A stretch of DNA of 64,000 bases from the NCBI GenBank assembly GCA_013265495.1, contig MU057651.1, positions 1,561,674 to 1,625,673 of the forward strand, written 5' to 3'. The translations under genes and the position numbers were made by a program. The stretch comes from Vicugna vicugna. Lineage: Eukaryota. The notes under the pieces were generated by a model. That model made no database searches and was not told where the DNA came from. It saw only the letters and a list, made by a program, of their open reading frames with translations. Below, one piece after another: positions 1 through 12,831 of this stretch. The stretch's first letter is position 1. Each line of letters starts with the position of its first letter.

Positions 1-247
1 TTTCTTGAGTTGTGTCCTAGGTACAACCTGTATTAGGCTCTCTTGGGAGCCATGTTTAAATTACAGACTCCTGAGCACCTCACTAGAGTGAAGAAATCAG
101 ATTCTTTGCAAATGGATGGGGACATGGGATTTTCATGTAAACACACTCTGATAATTTTGACACACACTAAAGCTTCCCACAATTTAGGGACGTCCATGGA
201 ATCAGGTTAAGAACCCCAGGTTAAAGTCTCAGTCCTCAACTAGAACA

Positions 248-560
248 CAGTTGCCCCTCCATCTCCCCAGTTTGCACATCCATCAGTGCAACCAAATGTG
301 GACTGAAAATATTTGGGACAAAAATTCCAGAAACTTCCAAAAAGAAAAACTCAAATTTGCCATGCACTGATAACTACACAGCATTGACATTGGGCACTGG
401 GCATTTTAAATAATCTAGAGATGATTTAAAGTATACAGGCAATGTGCATAAGCTATGTGCAAATACTATACAATTTGATACAAGGGGCATGAGCATCCGT
501 AGATTTTGGTATTCACAGGAGTGCTGGGACCAATTCCTCTCAGATACCGAGGGATGGCAA
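248..560 (-). mobile_element. MER2-type non-autonomous TcMar-Tigger DNA transposon
   Basis: Reverse complement of MER2 motifs (taatctagagatgatttaaagtatac; gagcatccgtagattttggtatt; gataccgaggga) with degenerate TIRs. Confidence 0.85.
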
Positions 561-712
561 TATTTGAATTCTGACAGGAAAACTTGAAAGAGGCGAAAGC
601 TCAGGATTCAAGACTCAAATGAAGCTATAAAGGAGAAGTGACTGATAGGGAAAATGACACTTGTGTGGGGGTCTCTCAAATTATACCATGTGGTTATAAG
701 AGCATCCCAGTC

Positions 713-755
713 TGTGTGTGCATGTGTGCATGTGTGTGCGTGTGTGTGTGTGTGT
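713..755. repeat. Imperfect (TG)n microsatellite
   Basis: Seen directly. Confidence 0.95.
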
Positions 756-1344
756 TTGGGAGAATCACACTTGCAGCTCTTTATCTTTTTTGATATGTAG
801 ATTTAAAAAATGACCTTTTCAATCTTTCTCCCACTCTCTTCCCCTTCTTTCTGTCTCTTCTTTCATTAAAGCACAAACCAAGCACATCCCCACTCCAAGA
901 GGAGAAGGTACAGTTGAAGGATAGAGGGCTTCATACACAAAGCAGGCTTTAGGGGGGGCCTGAGTCTTGCAGGAGCAGGCCATGGATAAGGGGGACTTGA
1001 CTAGCATTTGATTTTTTCACAGAAGACTGTGCTAACAGAAAACAGTCACTTGGTCATCAAGACCCCAGCTCTTGGTCTCTGGGGGCAACAGGGCCATTCT
1101 TTTGAGTTGGTGGCACTTTCTCCTCCTACAAGCAGCCTCCCCCAGGGGATCCAGTGGCCTCCTTTGTTGATCAGTGTCTGCTTCTTTCCATGAAATACAC
1201 GATATGTTCTGACTACTCTCTTATAGCAGAGTCTTTTAATTGTGTGGGCATCTATCTGGACAAAAGCACCATACACACAATCTGCATAGGGTGCCGGGGA
1301 TGGTCCATGGAGTTCCTGAAGCCCATCCAAGAGCTGCCTAGAGC

Positions 1345-1519
1345 TATCTTTCCCCAATGCCAGCCCGGGACTGCTGAGCATCTGGGTCACTCAGAAGCTT
1401 GTTAGAAATCCCAGCGCCTACGCTTCATTCCAGACCTATTGAACCGGCATCTCTGGGGCCTCTGCCTGGACAAGTTCTCCAGGTGGTTCTGATACAGACT
1501 GAAGTGTGGGACCTACTGA
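1345..1519. mobile_element. MER5A-like hAT-Charlie MITE
   Basis: gcttgttagaaat...ccagacctattgaa...caagttctccaggtggttctgat...gaagtgtgggacctactg follows the MER5A layout. Confidence 0.7.
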
Positions 1520-2713
1520 GTCAGAGTTCAGAACACAGCTGGAGGATTTCTTCCTGTGTTAACTGGTGTGTGGGGGGGGGAGAGAGAAAGAGAGAGAGAG
1601 GGAGAGAGAGATCCCATGGGAGTCTTCTCCGAGGAAAATCAGAGAGCCCCGGGGAACGCAAGGCACTGGGGGCAGTCACGTGGGCCTAACATGTGAGTCT
1701 CCAATAAATAAGGCGAACACACTGATTTTGTTTTATTCCCAGATCAGACTGTTTGGGGGAGCGTGCTGGGAAGCCAGGTCTGCTTGGGAGATGAGAAAAT
1801 AGCATAGTCCAGCCTAAGAGCTCTTCAATGATTCTCTTTATAGATACAGTCTATCTCAGCCTGCTGTCCTGGAAACATGGGCTTGGAAATGGAGGTGGAC
1901 AGCCTGCTGCTGCTCAGAGGGGAGGGGAGGCTCAGGTGAAGGAAAGGCTGGGTAATAATAGAGCATCTGGTCATGGCAGCCTGCCCAGCTTCCGGCAGCC
2001 TGAGAGTGGGAGAGGGCGGGGGCAGGATGCACCCTCTCCCTAGCTCCACTGCCCAGACGAGGGCCCCCAGCTCCCTCAATGCAGCTCAGCTAGAGGCTGC
2101 TCTCTGGGGAGCTGTCTGCCTCTCTAGGGCAGCCCCCCACCTTGCCCCACCCCTACCCTCTCCGCTACCTTCCAGCTAATAAGCCATCTTGGAGGAGATG
2201 GGGAAGGCAGCCCTTCTGGTGGGCTGCACGTGTTCCTCCTGTCAGATGACTGGAAGAACCACAGCAGGGGGAAGGAGGCAGGGATGCGCAGGCTGCTTAC
2301 TAGGCACACAGAAGATGGAAGATTCTACCCAAAAGCCATGGCCCGGTCTTGCCACAGGAGAGGCCCCTCAGTGTTTGTTTCATGGAATGACCGTGGTTTC
2401 AAGTGGTCACCTTTGGTGTGAGGTTTACTCTGCCAGTCTGGAACTCAGCTCGCAGTCCCAGGAACAACCACTGGCTTCTAATGGAACCTACCAAGGATAA
2501 ATAAACAAGCGCAAAGGACCAATTTCCAAACTCGACCTCCAGTTTATGAAGTATCAGGCACAGTTCTATCTGCAGCAGCGTTAGGTTCCCTGCTTGATGT
2601 GGTCTGGGTGCGGGGCTAACTCCTCCCAGCTTCCAACGCTACAGTGTCTCGCAATGGGCTCTACCCTTGTGTCTAAATTCTTCACCATCAGAGATGCTTC
2701 TTTGCCTAAGGGA

Positions 2714-2961
2714 ATGCATTATCCAAGGAGGTGATATCACCCCCGAGGGGGCCAAAATTGGTTCTTAGAGGTGGAGGGATCTTAGATGTTACAGTGATGT
2801 GTGGCCCACCAAAAAGCCACAGCACGTAAACGGATATACACTACAGCTGTAGTATTAACAGTTCATGAGGAGAAAGAGACCAGGAAAGAAATGTCTAAAA
2901 AGGCTCTTGAGTGGAGCTATAATGAAAAGAAAAGAAAAAAAAAACCGTTGAGAAACACTGG
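2714..2961. mobile_element. Old hAT-Charlie-type MER element
   Basis: ggtgatatcacccccgagggggccaaaattggttctt...aaaaccgttgagaaacactg, ending in a hAT-Charlie-like TIR. Subfamily not assigned. Confidence 0.6.
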
Positions 2962-3739
2962 CCCAAGAGGAAAGAAAAGAACCTCTGACTCCAGGGCCAA
3001 GTCTAGCTCTTGGCTGGCTTCTTTGCAGCTTGGCCTGTTATTTCTCTGGTCATTGCTGTCGGAAGCCAGAAAAGCACGTTTTCCCTCGCCGACTGCCCTA
3101 GCTGAGTCAGGGGGAGGGGAGCAGTAGACTGAAGAATGAAGAGAAGTTGAAGATTTGTGAAGGGAGGCTGATGAATAGCCTAATTGGAATTTCAAAGGCT
3201 GAAGCCTAAAGCCTACAATTAATTTCAAAACACAGCTTACCTGGCTAACATCCACCTCAGAATTCTCTGAATTTATAGTGTCTCTGCCTCAAATTGAATG
3301 ACGATGCTCAAACTCAGAGAAGAGTCTTGAATGATCTTTGTTGTGGGTTGGTGACACCAGATGATGAAAGGGCTCCCCACCACTTGCTTCAGGCAGGGAC
3401 TTCCTCATCGAATGTTCTTTACTCCTGATGCCTTTACTGACACCTGGCTTCCTGAACAGGCCTCTCTAGTGGAGGCAGTTCATTACCTCACAACCTACCA
3501 ACTTGTAAGCCAGGATGTGAGTTTGGTGTCCTTGCTCAGAAGCGCTGCTTCCAGACCACTCCTCCTCCACCTGTAGGTCAAAATCTCTACTCCTCTGAAG
3601 CTCCTTCGAGGTAGCAATCCCATGTTGTCCCCTTGTGCATTATGGTCACCTACTAACGTCTCCATCATTCGATGGATACACAGGCACCTGCCTCTCATTC
3701 TTTTCATATCAAGTCCTGCCATCTTTCTATATCTCTACT

Positions 3740-4332
3740 CAACACTTCAAAAATTCAGTCTGTGTTCTCCCTACAGCAGACAATGTGATATTTTAAAAAC
3801 CTAAATTAGATTGTGTCACCATTTGCTTAAACCTTCCAGTGGCCTCCCATTGCTCTTAGGATGAAGTCCATATTTCTCCCCCTGTGGGGGTTACAAGGTC
3901 CTGTTTGATCACCTCCCCCTGCTTCTGGTCTGTCCTTTTGGATCCTCTTACTCTGCTCTTGCCACTAGAACTTGCCAAGCTCATTCCTTACATTTGCCCT
4001 TGCCTCTGCCCAGCAAGTTTTTCTCCCAAATTTTTGCAAGGATAACTACTTCTTATCCATCCAATTCTTGGCTGAAATGTCTCTTCAGAGAGGTATTTTG
4101 TGGCCATCTGTTATAAAATAACCCCTTACTGCCACCTCACCCACTTACTGTCTTTCATTTATCCTACTTTATTATTTTCATAGCACATACTATGTTCTGA
4201 CTTGATCTTGACTGCTCACTTGTTTTCGTCTGTCTCACCCAACTTGAAAGTATTAAGAAAAAAGGTCTTTGCCTGCCTTGTTCACTGCTGTATCATCTCT
4301 CGCACTTAGAATAGTGCCATGTACATAGTAGG
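3740..4332 (+). mobile_element. L2 LINE 3' portion
   Basis: cttaaaccttccagtggcctcccattgctcttagg...ttgttcactgctgtatc...cacttagaatagtgcc...catagtagg, typical of the L2 3' end. Confidence 0.8.
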
Positions 4333-4333
4333 T

Positions 4334-4851
4334 ATGGTAGGCAGCCTCCAAAATGGCTCCCATGATCTCCCCCTCCTCTTATTCACCCCCTTGTGTAATC
4401 CCTTCCTCTTGAGTGTGGGCTAAACTCTGACTCCCATCCAGCAAATAGAATGAAGCAGAGTCATGGTGGTCACTTCGTAGATTGGATTACAAAGGACTAT
4501 GCCTTCTGTCTTGAATGCCCTCTCTCACTCTTTTGCTCATTCACTCTGAGGGAAGCCAGCGGCCATGTTGGGAGCTGCTCTATGGAAAGGAAGGCCCACG
4601 GAGCAAGGAACTGATACCTCTAGTCGACAGCCAAAGAGGCCCTGAGACTTGTCAGCAGCCATGTGAGTAAGCTTGGAAGGAAACTGGAAGTAGATCCTCC
4701 CTCAGTCAAGCCTTGAGATGTAGGCCTGGTCAATACATAGTGAGAGATACATTCAAATTCCTGATTCAGACACTGTGAGATAACAAATGTTTATTGTTTT
4801 AAGCCTCTAGATTTGAGGGCAGTTTCTTACACAAAAATAAACAGCTAATAT
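4334..4851 (+). mobile_element. MLT1 (ERVL-MaLR) solo LTR
   Basis: tggtaggcagcctccaaaatggctccc...ctgtgagataacaaatgtttattgttttaagcc...ctaata. Confidence 0.85.
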
Positions 4852-5109
4852 AATAGATTCTTAAGAAAATAAATCCTTGTGACTTAGTGAATTCTTGGTG
4901 ACTTCCTCATCCTCAAAGATCCTGCCTTTATCCCACTTTATCTACCTAGTCTCTTGGCCACACCCTTGTCCTCGTCATCATCCATAATTGCTCCACCTCT
5001 GAAATCATAAGACATTGCACCCTGTAACCACACCCTCCCATCCTTCCACCTCAGTTATTCCCAGTATACTAGTCCTTCAACCTCACTGGGACTCAGTCCA
5101 CAGACGCCA

Positions 5110-5530
5110 TGTCACAGGTTGGGTTCCCCAGGAAGCAAACTCTGAGAGGGAGTTTAGTGTGCAAGATGTTTATTAAGACCTGTAGAAAGGAGGAGAAGGA
5201 AGCAGAACTGGGCAGATACTGGGATACAATGAAGGCCCAGTGACAGTCTTGGTGAATCCCATAGGGAAGTTCTGAAGCTACAAAAGTCCTTAAGCGTTGT
5301 TCTGAGTTGGGCCAAGATGACCAGGCCTTTATACTCACGTCTCAGTCAATTACTGAATGGGAGCCACTGGGGAAAGGGTGTGACTTCTTTGTGTAAGGCA
5401 GCTATCTCTCTGCATCTGTGAAGCAATCTCTGAAGGCTCTGGCAGCACGGCTGATGGCACTCCTTACAACCGAGGCAACAAGCCCTTCATTGGAAGGTGA
5501 TCTGGGTGGTACATCACAGCATGTATCACA
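5110..5530 (-). mobile_element. ERVL-class solo LTR (LTR16/LTR33-like) inside L2 remnants
   Basis: tgtcacaggttgggttccccaggaagcaaactctgag...tttatt (antisense polyA signal), ending ...atcaca. Confidence 0.6.
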
Positions 5531-6403
5531 CTTCACTTTATTGGCCTCTTTCCTGTCCTCATCTCCTTCCCAACTCAGCTGATATGCCATTGTTCATCAC
5601 TCCAATTATGCTCAAGTAAGTAACCTCAAATCCTTGTTCCGTTGTCTTTCTGTGTTACCTGCCCAGGCAAAACCTCCAATCTTAAGTAAATTCAAGTAAC
5701 CTTCTTCCTTCTTCCTGAACCTGAGCTGCTGAACATAGTAGAGAAAATCAAATAATTGTGCACACTAGTGTTTCCATAAATCTGTAGTCTCCATAAATCA
5801 GTTGGGTCCTCAATGCTGTCTATCAGTGTCAGAGTTCTCCCACTCACGAGATCAGCTATTGCAAACCTTCTCCATATCCTTCAAGGACCTGAACTCCTTA
5901 CTTCTCCCAACCACTCTGTACAGATGACCTAACCTCCTCTTTAAGGAGAAAATCATTACCAGAAGAGAGTTTCTGCAACTTCTTTCCAACAAATCTCTAG
6001 GTAGACAAAATGTATTGGTTCTACCTCCCAAATAATTTTCAATTTCATTCACTTCTTAGCACATCTACAGCCACTTCCCTATTTCAAGTGACTATACTTT
6101 TATATTTGAATGACTGAAGGGCTCTTCTAACTGATCTTTTTGACTCCAGATTTTTCTTCACTTCCATTGAAGTAAAACCTCAAATTTACTTTCTTTTCTC
6201 TGCCTTCACACATAAGTTTCTCTGTGCATACTTTTCTTTTTACATCAATCCCTGCATCCTGGTGAATTCCTCTCTTCTGCTGAGGTCTCAAGTTAACTTT
6301 CCACTCACTAAAAACTTATTTGACTCTCCAAACTTGATTAAGAGCTTGTGCTATATGTTTTCATAGCACCCTGTGCTTCCTTTTTCATGACACTTACACA
6401 CTT

Positions 6404-6909
6404 TGTATTAGTTACCTATTGCTGTATAACAAATTACCCCAAACCTTAGAGGCTTGAAAAGAATTAGCATTTATTATTCCACAGTTTCTATGGATCAGGA
6501 GTGGCTTAGTTGGGTGATTCTGACTTGGGATCTCCCATGAGGTTGTAAACAAGGTGTTGACTGTGTCTGTAGTCATCTGAAAGCTTGACTGGGGCTGGAA
6601 GATCTACCTGGAAGAGGGCTCACTCACATGTCTTTTGGCAGGAGGCCTCAGTTCCATAGGGCTTCTTGAGTGTCCTTATTATATGGCAGTGACTCCTCTC
6701 GGAGCAAGTGATTCAAGAAAGGGAGAAAGAAGGAAACTGCAGTGTCTCTATGACCAAGTCTTAGATGTAACACATCATTACTTCTGCTGCATTCTACTTG
6801 TTAGAAGTGAGTCACTAAGTCCCACCTACACCCAAGAGGAGGGGAATTAAATTCCACCTCCTGACAAGAGCATAAAAGAATTTGTTGACATATTTTAAAA
6901 CCATCATAT
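6404..6909 (-). mobile_element. MLT1 solo LTR interrupting an L2 3' end (~6290-7050)
   Basis: tgtattagttacctattgctgtataacaaattaccccaaa...aagaatttgttgacatattttaaaaccatcata. L2 resumes with ccagactgtaagc...catagtgcc...caataagtgtttgctga. Confidence 0.85.
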
Positions 6910-8384
6910 ACCTCTTTATAGTTGTATATTTGCTTGTCTGTCTTCACCAGACTGTAAGCCTCAATTGGTGCAGGTGCCATGTTTGTCTACGTCACTCCTG
7001 TGTCTCCAACATCTAGCATAGTGCCCAGAGCATAATGGAAGTTCAATAAGTGTTTGCTGAGTAAAGGAAAGAATTAATTAACTGAAAGCTGTTATTAGAA
7101 TGGGGGAGGAGACACTACACAATAATGCTTTACGATTCATTAACGTCTTAGATCAAATTAGTGTATCAGATTAGCTTTGGAGAGAGTGGGGTCCAAATAG
7201 TGTAGTTTTTTTGGTAAGAATAAAAACCCTGAAGGAGGTAGAGCTAGCTAGCTCTGAAATCAATGCTGAAAAGTTGTTTTCTGATTTTGAACCTTGGATA
7301 CAGTTCCTGAAGAGCCACAGGGAAGGATGGGGCTCTTTTTTTTCTGTCCGCCTTTTGGTAGGAAGATAAACAGTAGAACCAAGATTTTGGCTTTCACTCT
7401 AGACCTGACAAATTCTTCTGGAACTGACCATATTCTGATTCATTAGATCACAATGAGACAGAGTTGTCAGAACATTAAGAGACTAAATGCAGTCTCTTAA
7501 ACAGTCTCTAGATATTACCAGCATTGCTTCCAGTCCTCTGTCTGAAGTGAAGAATCACCAGGAACTCTAACAGCGCAAACTGTGGCACCTAGTGCTTGAA
7601 GTTGTTGATAGTGACGACAGTGATTTCCTCACCAAGACAGGCCCATGGTGTGGTTTTGGATATTATTCTTGACTTTTTTTGCCTCAAGCCTTGTTCTCCA
7701 TCCCTCCCAATTACTCTGCAAACTACCTTAATTAACCCATTTTCTGCTTAAATCAACTAAAGTCAGTTTCTGTTGCTTGCAATTAAGAACCTGACTAATA
7801 TGGAGAAGTCAAATGACTTGCCAAAGTCATCCAGTCAGCAGACGGTGACATTTTGCCTCAAACATGAGGATGTCTGACTCCAGGGCCTAGACTCCTAACC
7901 CTTCTCACCCTTCCTTCCTGGGCAAAGATTTCTCTTCAAACACCCTGTCAGGCAGGCCTACAGCTTAACTGCCACCTTGACCTCAGCACATCAAACAACA
8001 GTCTCACAAAAATTATGGAGTTCCTAGTCTACAGAAAAAAACAAGTCTAGGGTCTTGGATTGAGGGTGGAAGGTCACACAGAGATGAAAAGGGGGTTATT
8101 CCTTCTTTCAGGAGAGCAAGTACACACTCATACTTAAAAAAAAAATCAAGGCTACAATCAGTGCTATTAAAGGGCAACAAATAGCTGTGGGAAGCAGAGT
8201 TCCTAGAAGGAAGAAATGATTCCAACTGGGAAAATCAGGAAAAGCACAAGAGGGTGGCATTAATTCAAACTATAGAAAATTCTATAGGATAAACTACTCA
8301 TCTTCTTCAACAAATAAATTACAAAGAATAAAAGAAGAGAAAGAAGGGCTTTTAGAGATGAATAGATATTTAAGAGCCTTATCA

Positions 8385-9273
8385 AAGATGCTCAATATAC
8401 CTACTCATCAGGGAAATGCAAATCAAAGCCACACTGAGATATCATCACACACTTGTTTGAACGGCTATTATCAAGAAGACAAGCGACAACAAGTTTTGGC
8501 GAGGATGTGGGAAAAAGGTAACCCTAGTGCAGTGCTGGTGAGAATGTAAACTGGTTCAGCCACTATGGAAAACAGTATGGAGATTCCTCAAAAAGTTAAA
8601 AATAGAGCTACCATATGATCCATCAATCCCACTTCTGGGTATATAATCAGAGAAAATGAAATCACTATCTCAAAGAGTAATCTACACCCCCATGTTCATT
8701 GCAGCATTGTTCACAATAGCCAAGACATAGAAATAACCTAAGTGTCCATTAATGGATGAATAGATAGAGAAAATGTGTGCATATAAATATATACAGTGGA
8801 ATATTACTAGGCCATAAAAGAAGGAAATCCTGACTTTTGTGACAACATGGATGGGCCTTGAGGGCAATATGCTCAGTGAAATAAGTCAAATGGAAATAGA
8901 CAACTATCGTATGATCTCATCTATATGTGAAATCTGAAGAAAAAAAGTCAAACTCATAGAAACAGAAAGTAGAACAATGGATGCCAGGGCTAAGGAGTAG
9001 GGGGAAAATGGGACATACTGGTCAAAGGGTACAAACTCCCAGTTAGAAAATAAATAGGTTCTGGAGATCTAATGCACATAATGGTGACTCTAGTTAACAA
9101 TACTGTATTATATACTTGAAAGTTGCCAAGAGAGTAAATCTTAAACGTTTCCATCAGAAAAAAGAAATGTTAACTATGTGACGGGATGGATGCATTAGCT
9201 AACTTTATTGTGCTAACCATTTTGAAGCATACATGTATATCAAACGTTGTATACCTTAAACTTACACAATGTT
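8385..9273 (+). mobile_element. L1MA-type LINE 3' end (ORF2 C-terminus and 3'UTR); its last ~75 nt continue at 10065-10130
   Basis: catcagggaaatgcaaatcaaa, gccactatggaaaacagtatggag, atggatgaatagatag, ttaaacttacacaatgt. Confidence 0.9.
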
Positions 9274-10053
9274 TTTGTTTTTGTTTTATTTCCCTAGATT
9301 CCACATATAAGAGATCATATATTTGTCTTTCTTTGTCTTGTTTCACTTAGCATAATGCCCTCAAGTTCCATCCATATTGTTACAAATGGCAAGATTTCAT
9401 TTTTTTTTATGGCTGAATATTTTATTATACATGTATGTAACAATCACGTTTTCATTGTCCCTTTATCTGTCAATGGACATTTGGGTTGTTTCCATATCTT
9501 GGCTATTGTAACTAATGCTGCAGTGAACATAAGGGTGCATATAGGTTTCCATGTTAGTATTTTCATTTTCTTTGGAGAAGTACCCAGGACTGGAATTGCT
9601 GAATCTTACAGCAGCTCTATTTTTAATTTCTTAAGGAACCTCCATACCGTTTTCCATAGTAGCTGCACCAGTTTACATGCCCACCAGTGGTGCACAAGGG
9701 TGCTCTTTTCTCCACATCCTCAGCAACACTTGTTATTTCTTGTTTTCAATAATTAGCCATTTTAACAGGTGTGAGGTGGTATCTCATTGTGGTTTTGATT
9801 TTCATTTCCCTGATGATTAGTGATGTTGAGCACTTTTCATGTACCTGTTGGCCATCTGTATGTCTTCTTTTGAAAAATGTTTGTTTAGTTCCTTGGTCTC
9901 ATTTTAAATCAGGTTGGATTTTTTGTGTTTTTTTTTTTTTGCTATTGGGTTCTATGAGTTCTTTATAAATTTTGAATATTAACCCATTATCAGACATAAT
10001 GATTTTCAAATATTTTCTCCCATTCCATGGGTTGCCTTTTCATTTTGTTGATG
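9274..10053 (-). mobile_element. Antisense L1 fragment nested in the L1MA 3'UTR
   Basis: T-rich tail, then tagattccacatataag...gtgaggtggtatctcattgtggttttgat...gccttttcattttgttgatg. Flanked by tacacaatgtt (9263-73) and tatacaatgtt (10054-64). Confidence 0.88.
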
Positions 10054-10129
10054 TATACAATGTTATGTCAATTATATACATATATATTTTATATATTATG
10101 CATATTTGGGAAATGTTTTTTTAAAAAAA

Positions 10130-10510
10130 GACAAGACAGACTCATCAACCAATTGCAATGTGTAGATCTCATTTTTCCTGATTTCAAAAAATCTATAAAA
10201 ACACAAATTAATAATATGTACACTAGGTATTTAATAATATTAAGGAATTTCCGCTTATACTTTTAGTGAGATGATGATATAGTTATTTTTTAAAGAGGTT
10301 TTATCTTATAGAGATACATAATGAAATACTTATAGATGAAATGATATAATGACTGGAATTTGCTTCAAAATAATAGTGAGGGAGTGGAACTCTAAAGGAA
10401 ACAAGATTGACCATGAGTTGAAAATGTCTTAATCTGGATGATGGTTAAATTGGGTTCATTGTACTATTCCTTCAACTTCTGTAAATGCTTGAAATACTCC
10501 ATAGAAAAAA
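10130..10510 (+). mobile_element. Older L1MC/ME-type 3'UTR (left half at ~8262-8384) hosting the L1 nest
   Basis: atcaaccaattgcaatgt...agatgaaatgatataatgactggaatttgcttcaaaataat...aaacaagattgaccatgagttg. Confidence 0.75.
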
Positions 10511-10549
10511 TTACAAAAGTAGGAACAGGAGGCATTATATGGATGGCCT

Positions 10550-11072
10550 AGAAGTTCAGAACATGAGCTCTGGAGTCACATGGCCTGACTTCACATTTTG
10601 TCTCTGCCTTTAACAATTATGTGCCTTGAGGCAAGTGAATAGTCAGGATAGAAAGGACTGTGGCTGATGGAAGCTCCACCATCTTGCAATACCACCATGT
10701 CAACATACAGCCTCTGAAGATGCTGTAGAAGGGGAGAAAAAGACAGGAGGGATCCAGGAGACGTTTTTAAGGTCCAGACCTAGAAATGGTTTACATCATT
10801 TCTGTCCATATTATGTTGGTCAGAATTCAGCCACATGGTCTTAGCTTAATGGCGAAGGAGGATGGGAAATGTGTGACCACGAAGAAGAGGAAATTACTTG
10901 ATGAGGCATGTTTTGTGCCCCTCAGAGTTACTTAATTTCCTATGCTTTAGTCTGCTCCTCTGTAGAATGGGGATGATGATGATAACATGTATCTCACAGG
11001 CTTATTTTAAGTATTAAATGATTTAATACATGTTAATTTCTCAGAGCAAGGCCTAATGCATAGTAAGTGCTT
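10550..11072 (+). mobile_element. MIR SINE split by an MLT1 fragment (~10640-10910)
   Basis: gctctggagtcaca...gtgccttgaggcaagt, then agttacttaatt...ctctgtagaatggggatgat...catagtaagtgcttaa. Confidence 0.7.
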
Positions 11073-11719
11073 AATTTTATGTATGTATGTATTTATTTTA
11101 AAATGGGCCTTGACACGTGGAGAAGATTATTATCAGCCAAAGATGGGAGTTGGTGAAGCAGTCTATTTTATAAAACACAGCAAAAAAGCAAAAGGGAAAT
11201 GTAGGGTGTGTTCAGGAAATAATGAGTATGTGATGGGCAGAGGAGGCCTCAGATACCTAAATTCAGCAGGCAGTGGACCACCATTGAAAAGATGGTGGTA
11301 GTGAGATGGCAAAATATCATAGAATCACGTGGAAACATACAATCCAATCTTCTTATTTTACAGAGAAGGTAATTGAGACAAAAAGAGAATTAAATGACTT
11401 GTCCAATGTGACACGTCTTGCTGATGGCATGGCTGAAATGAGCTCAGCCTTCTTAACTCCCCAGCCTCTGGTTTTCCACCATATTTTCTTCCTCTTAACA
11501 ACTGTAAGAGACTTTAGGAAGATGAATTTGTCAGGTTTTAATCTCAAATTGCTATGAGCAAGTTACTTCATCTCTGGATCACAGTTGCCTCTTCTGTAAA
11601 AGGCAAGTTGTGCCACGTGATCTATAAGGTCCCACTTCTAGTGCTAAAATTAGAATTAAATTAAAGTTGAGAAAGTTTGGAACCACTTCAGTTTGATAGT
11701 CTAAGATAGAGATTGGTAC

Positions 11720-12202
11720 TTGTCCCCCAGTATCAGTTCTCCTTCCTTCTTATACAGCACACAAGTTTAAACTGGGAATGTGTCTGCCAGAATAAATTTT
11801 ATATTTCGAGCCTCCTTTGGAACTATGAGTGGCTATGTGACTAAAGTTCTGACCAGTGGGCTATAAGCTATGCTTCGGTGGTGGATACAACTTTCAGAAA
11901 GTATCCTTCAAAGGGGAATAGCTCTGTTTTTCTTTCTTCCTCCTGGCAAGAATGCAGACATGATGGCTGAAACTGGAGCAGACATCTTGGATCATGATGT
12001 GACACTGGCCCATGTATGGGAGCTGTGTTGAGAAATGTAGAATAACAAGGTACAAGAACTCTGGGTCCCAATGATTGTGGAGCCTTCAGTAGCCCTGGCT
12101 TCCTATCTTAACATTCACAAGAAATAAATATCTACCTTGTTTAAGCCACTGCCATTTTGGGTGTTCTGTCACTTGCAGCTGAAGCTATATTGTAACTGAT
12201 AT
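11720..12202 (+). mobile_element. Old MLT1 (J/K-like) LTR
   Basis: ggctatgtgactaaagttctgacca...ccttgtttaagccactg...tgtcacttgcagctgaa...taactgata. Confidence 0.75.
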
Positions 12203-12831
12203 AGGAGATACTTGACGTACCAAATTGTACTGAGAGCCTGAACTGTTAGTAGGTTGACAGAAACGACTCTAGGAAAGCACAGGTGACTTGAAGATTATGC
12301 CAAGATTTTGAGCCCAAATGACTACTATCAGAAATAGGGAAGTTGGAGAAAGAGGTGGTTTGAAAGGAAAAATCAAGAGAGCACATGAACATTTAATGCC
12401 CAGATAACACCAAAGCCAGGTTCTCAGCGACACTTGAATAGGGAGGAACTGAGTCTTCCCTCAAAGAGTCTCTTAGTTGCATTTCATCTTATTCTTAGAA
12501 ACATGTCTTCTCATATCCTTTCACTCTAGTTTCCTTATCAAGACCCCTTGTCATTGCTTCTGGCCCCATGAGAACACTCTGGACCATACATAGCTGTCCT
12601 CTGCTGACGGCCATCCTGAATGGTACTGTTGTCTGCAGCAGAGTGGTAGGCAGTGGGGTGGGCGGGACGTATTAGTCCTTCCCTAATTTTGTGACTCACT
12701 TTGTCACCTGAGCCATGAAGCAACATACCTTATGCCCAGAATCACACAAAGTACGCAGCTTTTCCAGCACCTGGTTCTAACTAGACTCAAAGATAATCTC
12801 TTCAGAACCAATGGGGCACAGACTCAGTAAT

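Noticed and set aside
1046..1405. Overlapping 114-aa minus and 83-aa plus ORFs
   Set aside because: No family I recognise, partial overlap with MER5, no convincing exon boundaries. A blastx search would settle it.
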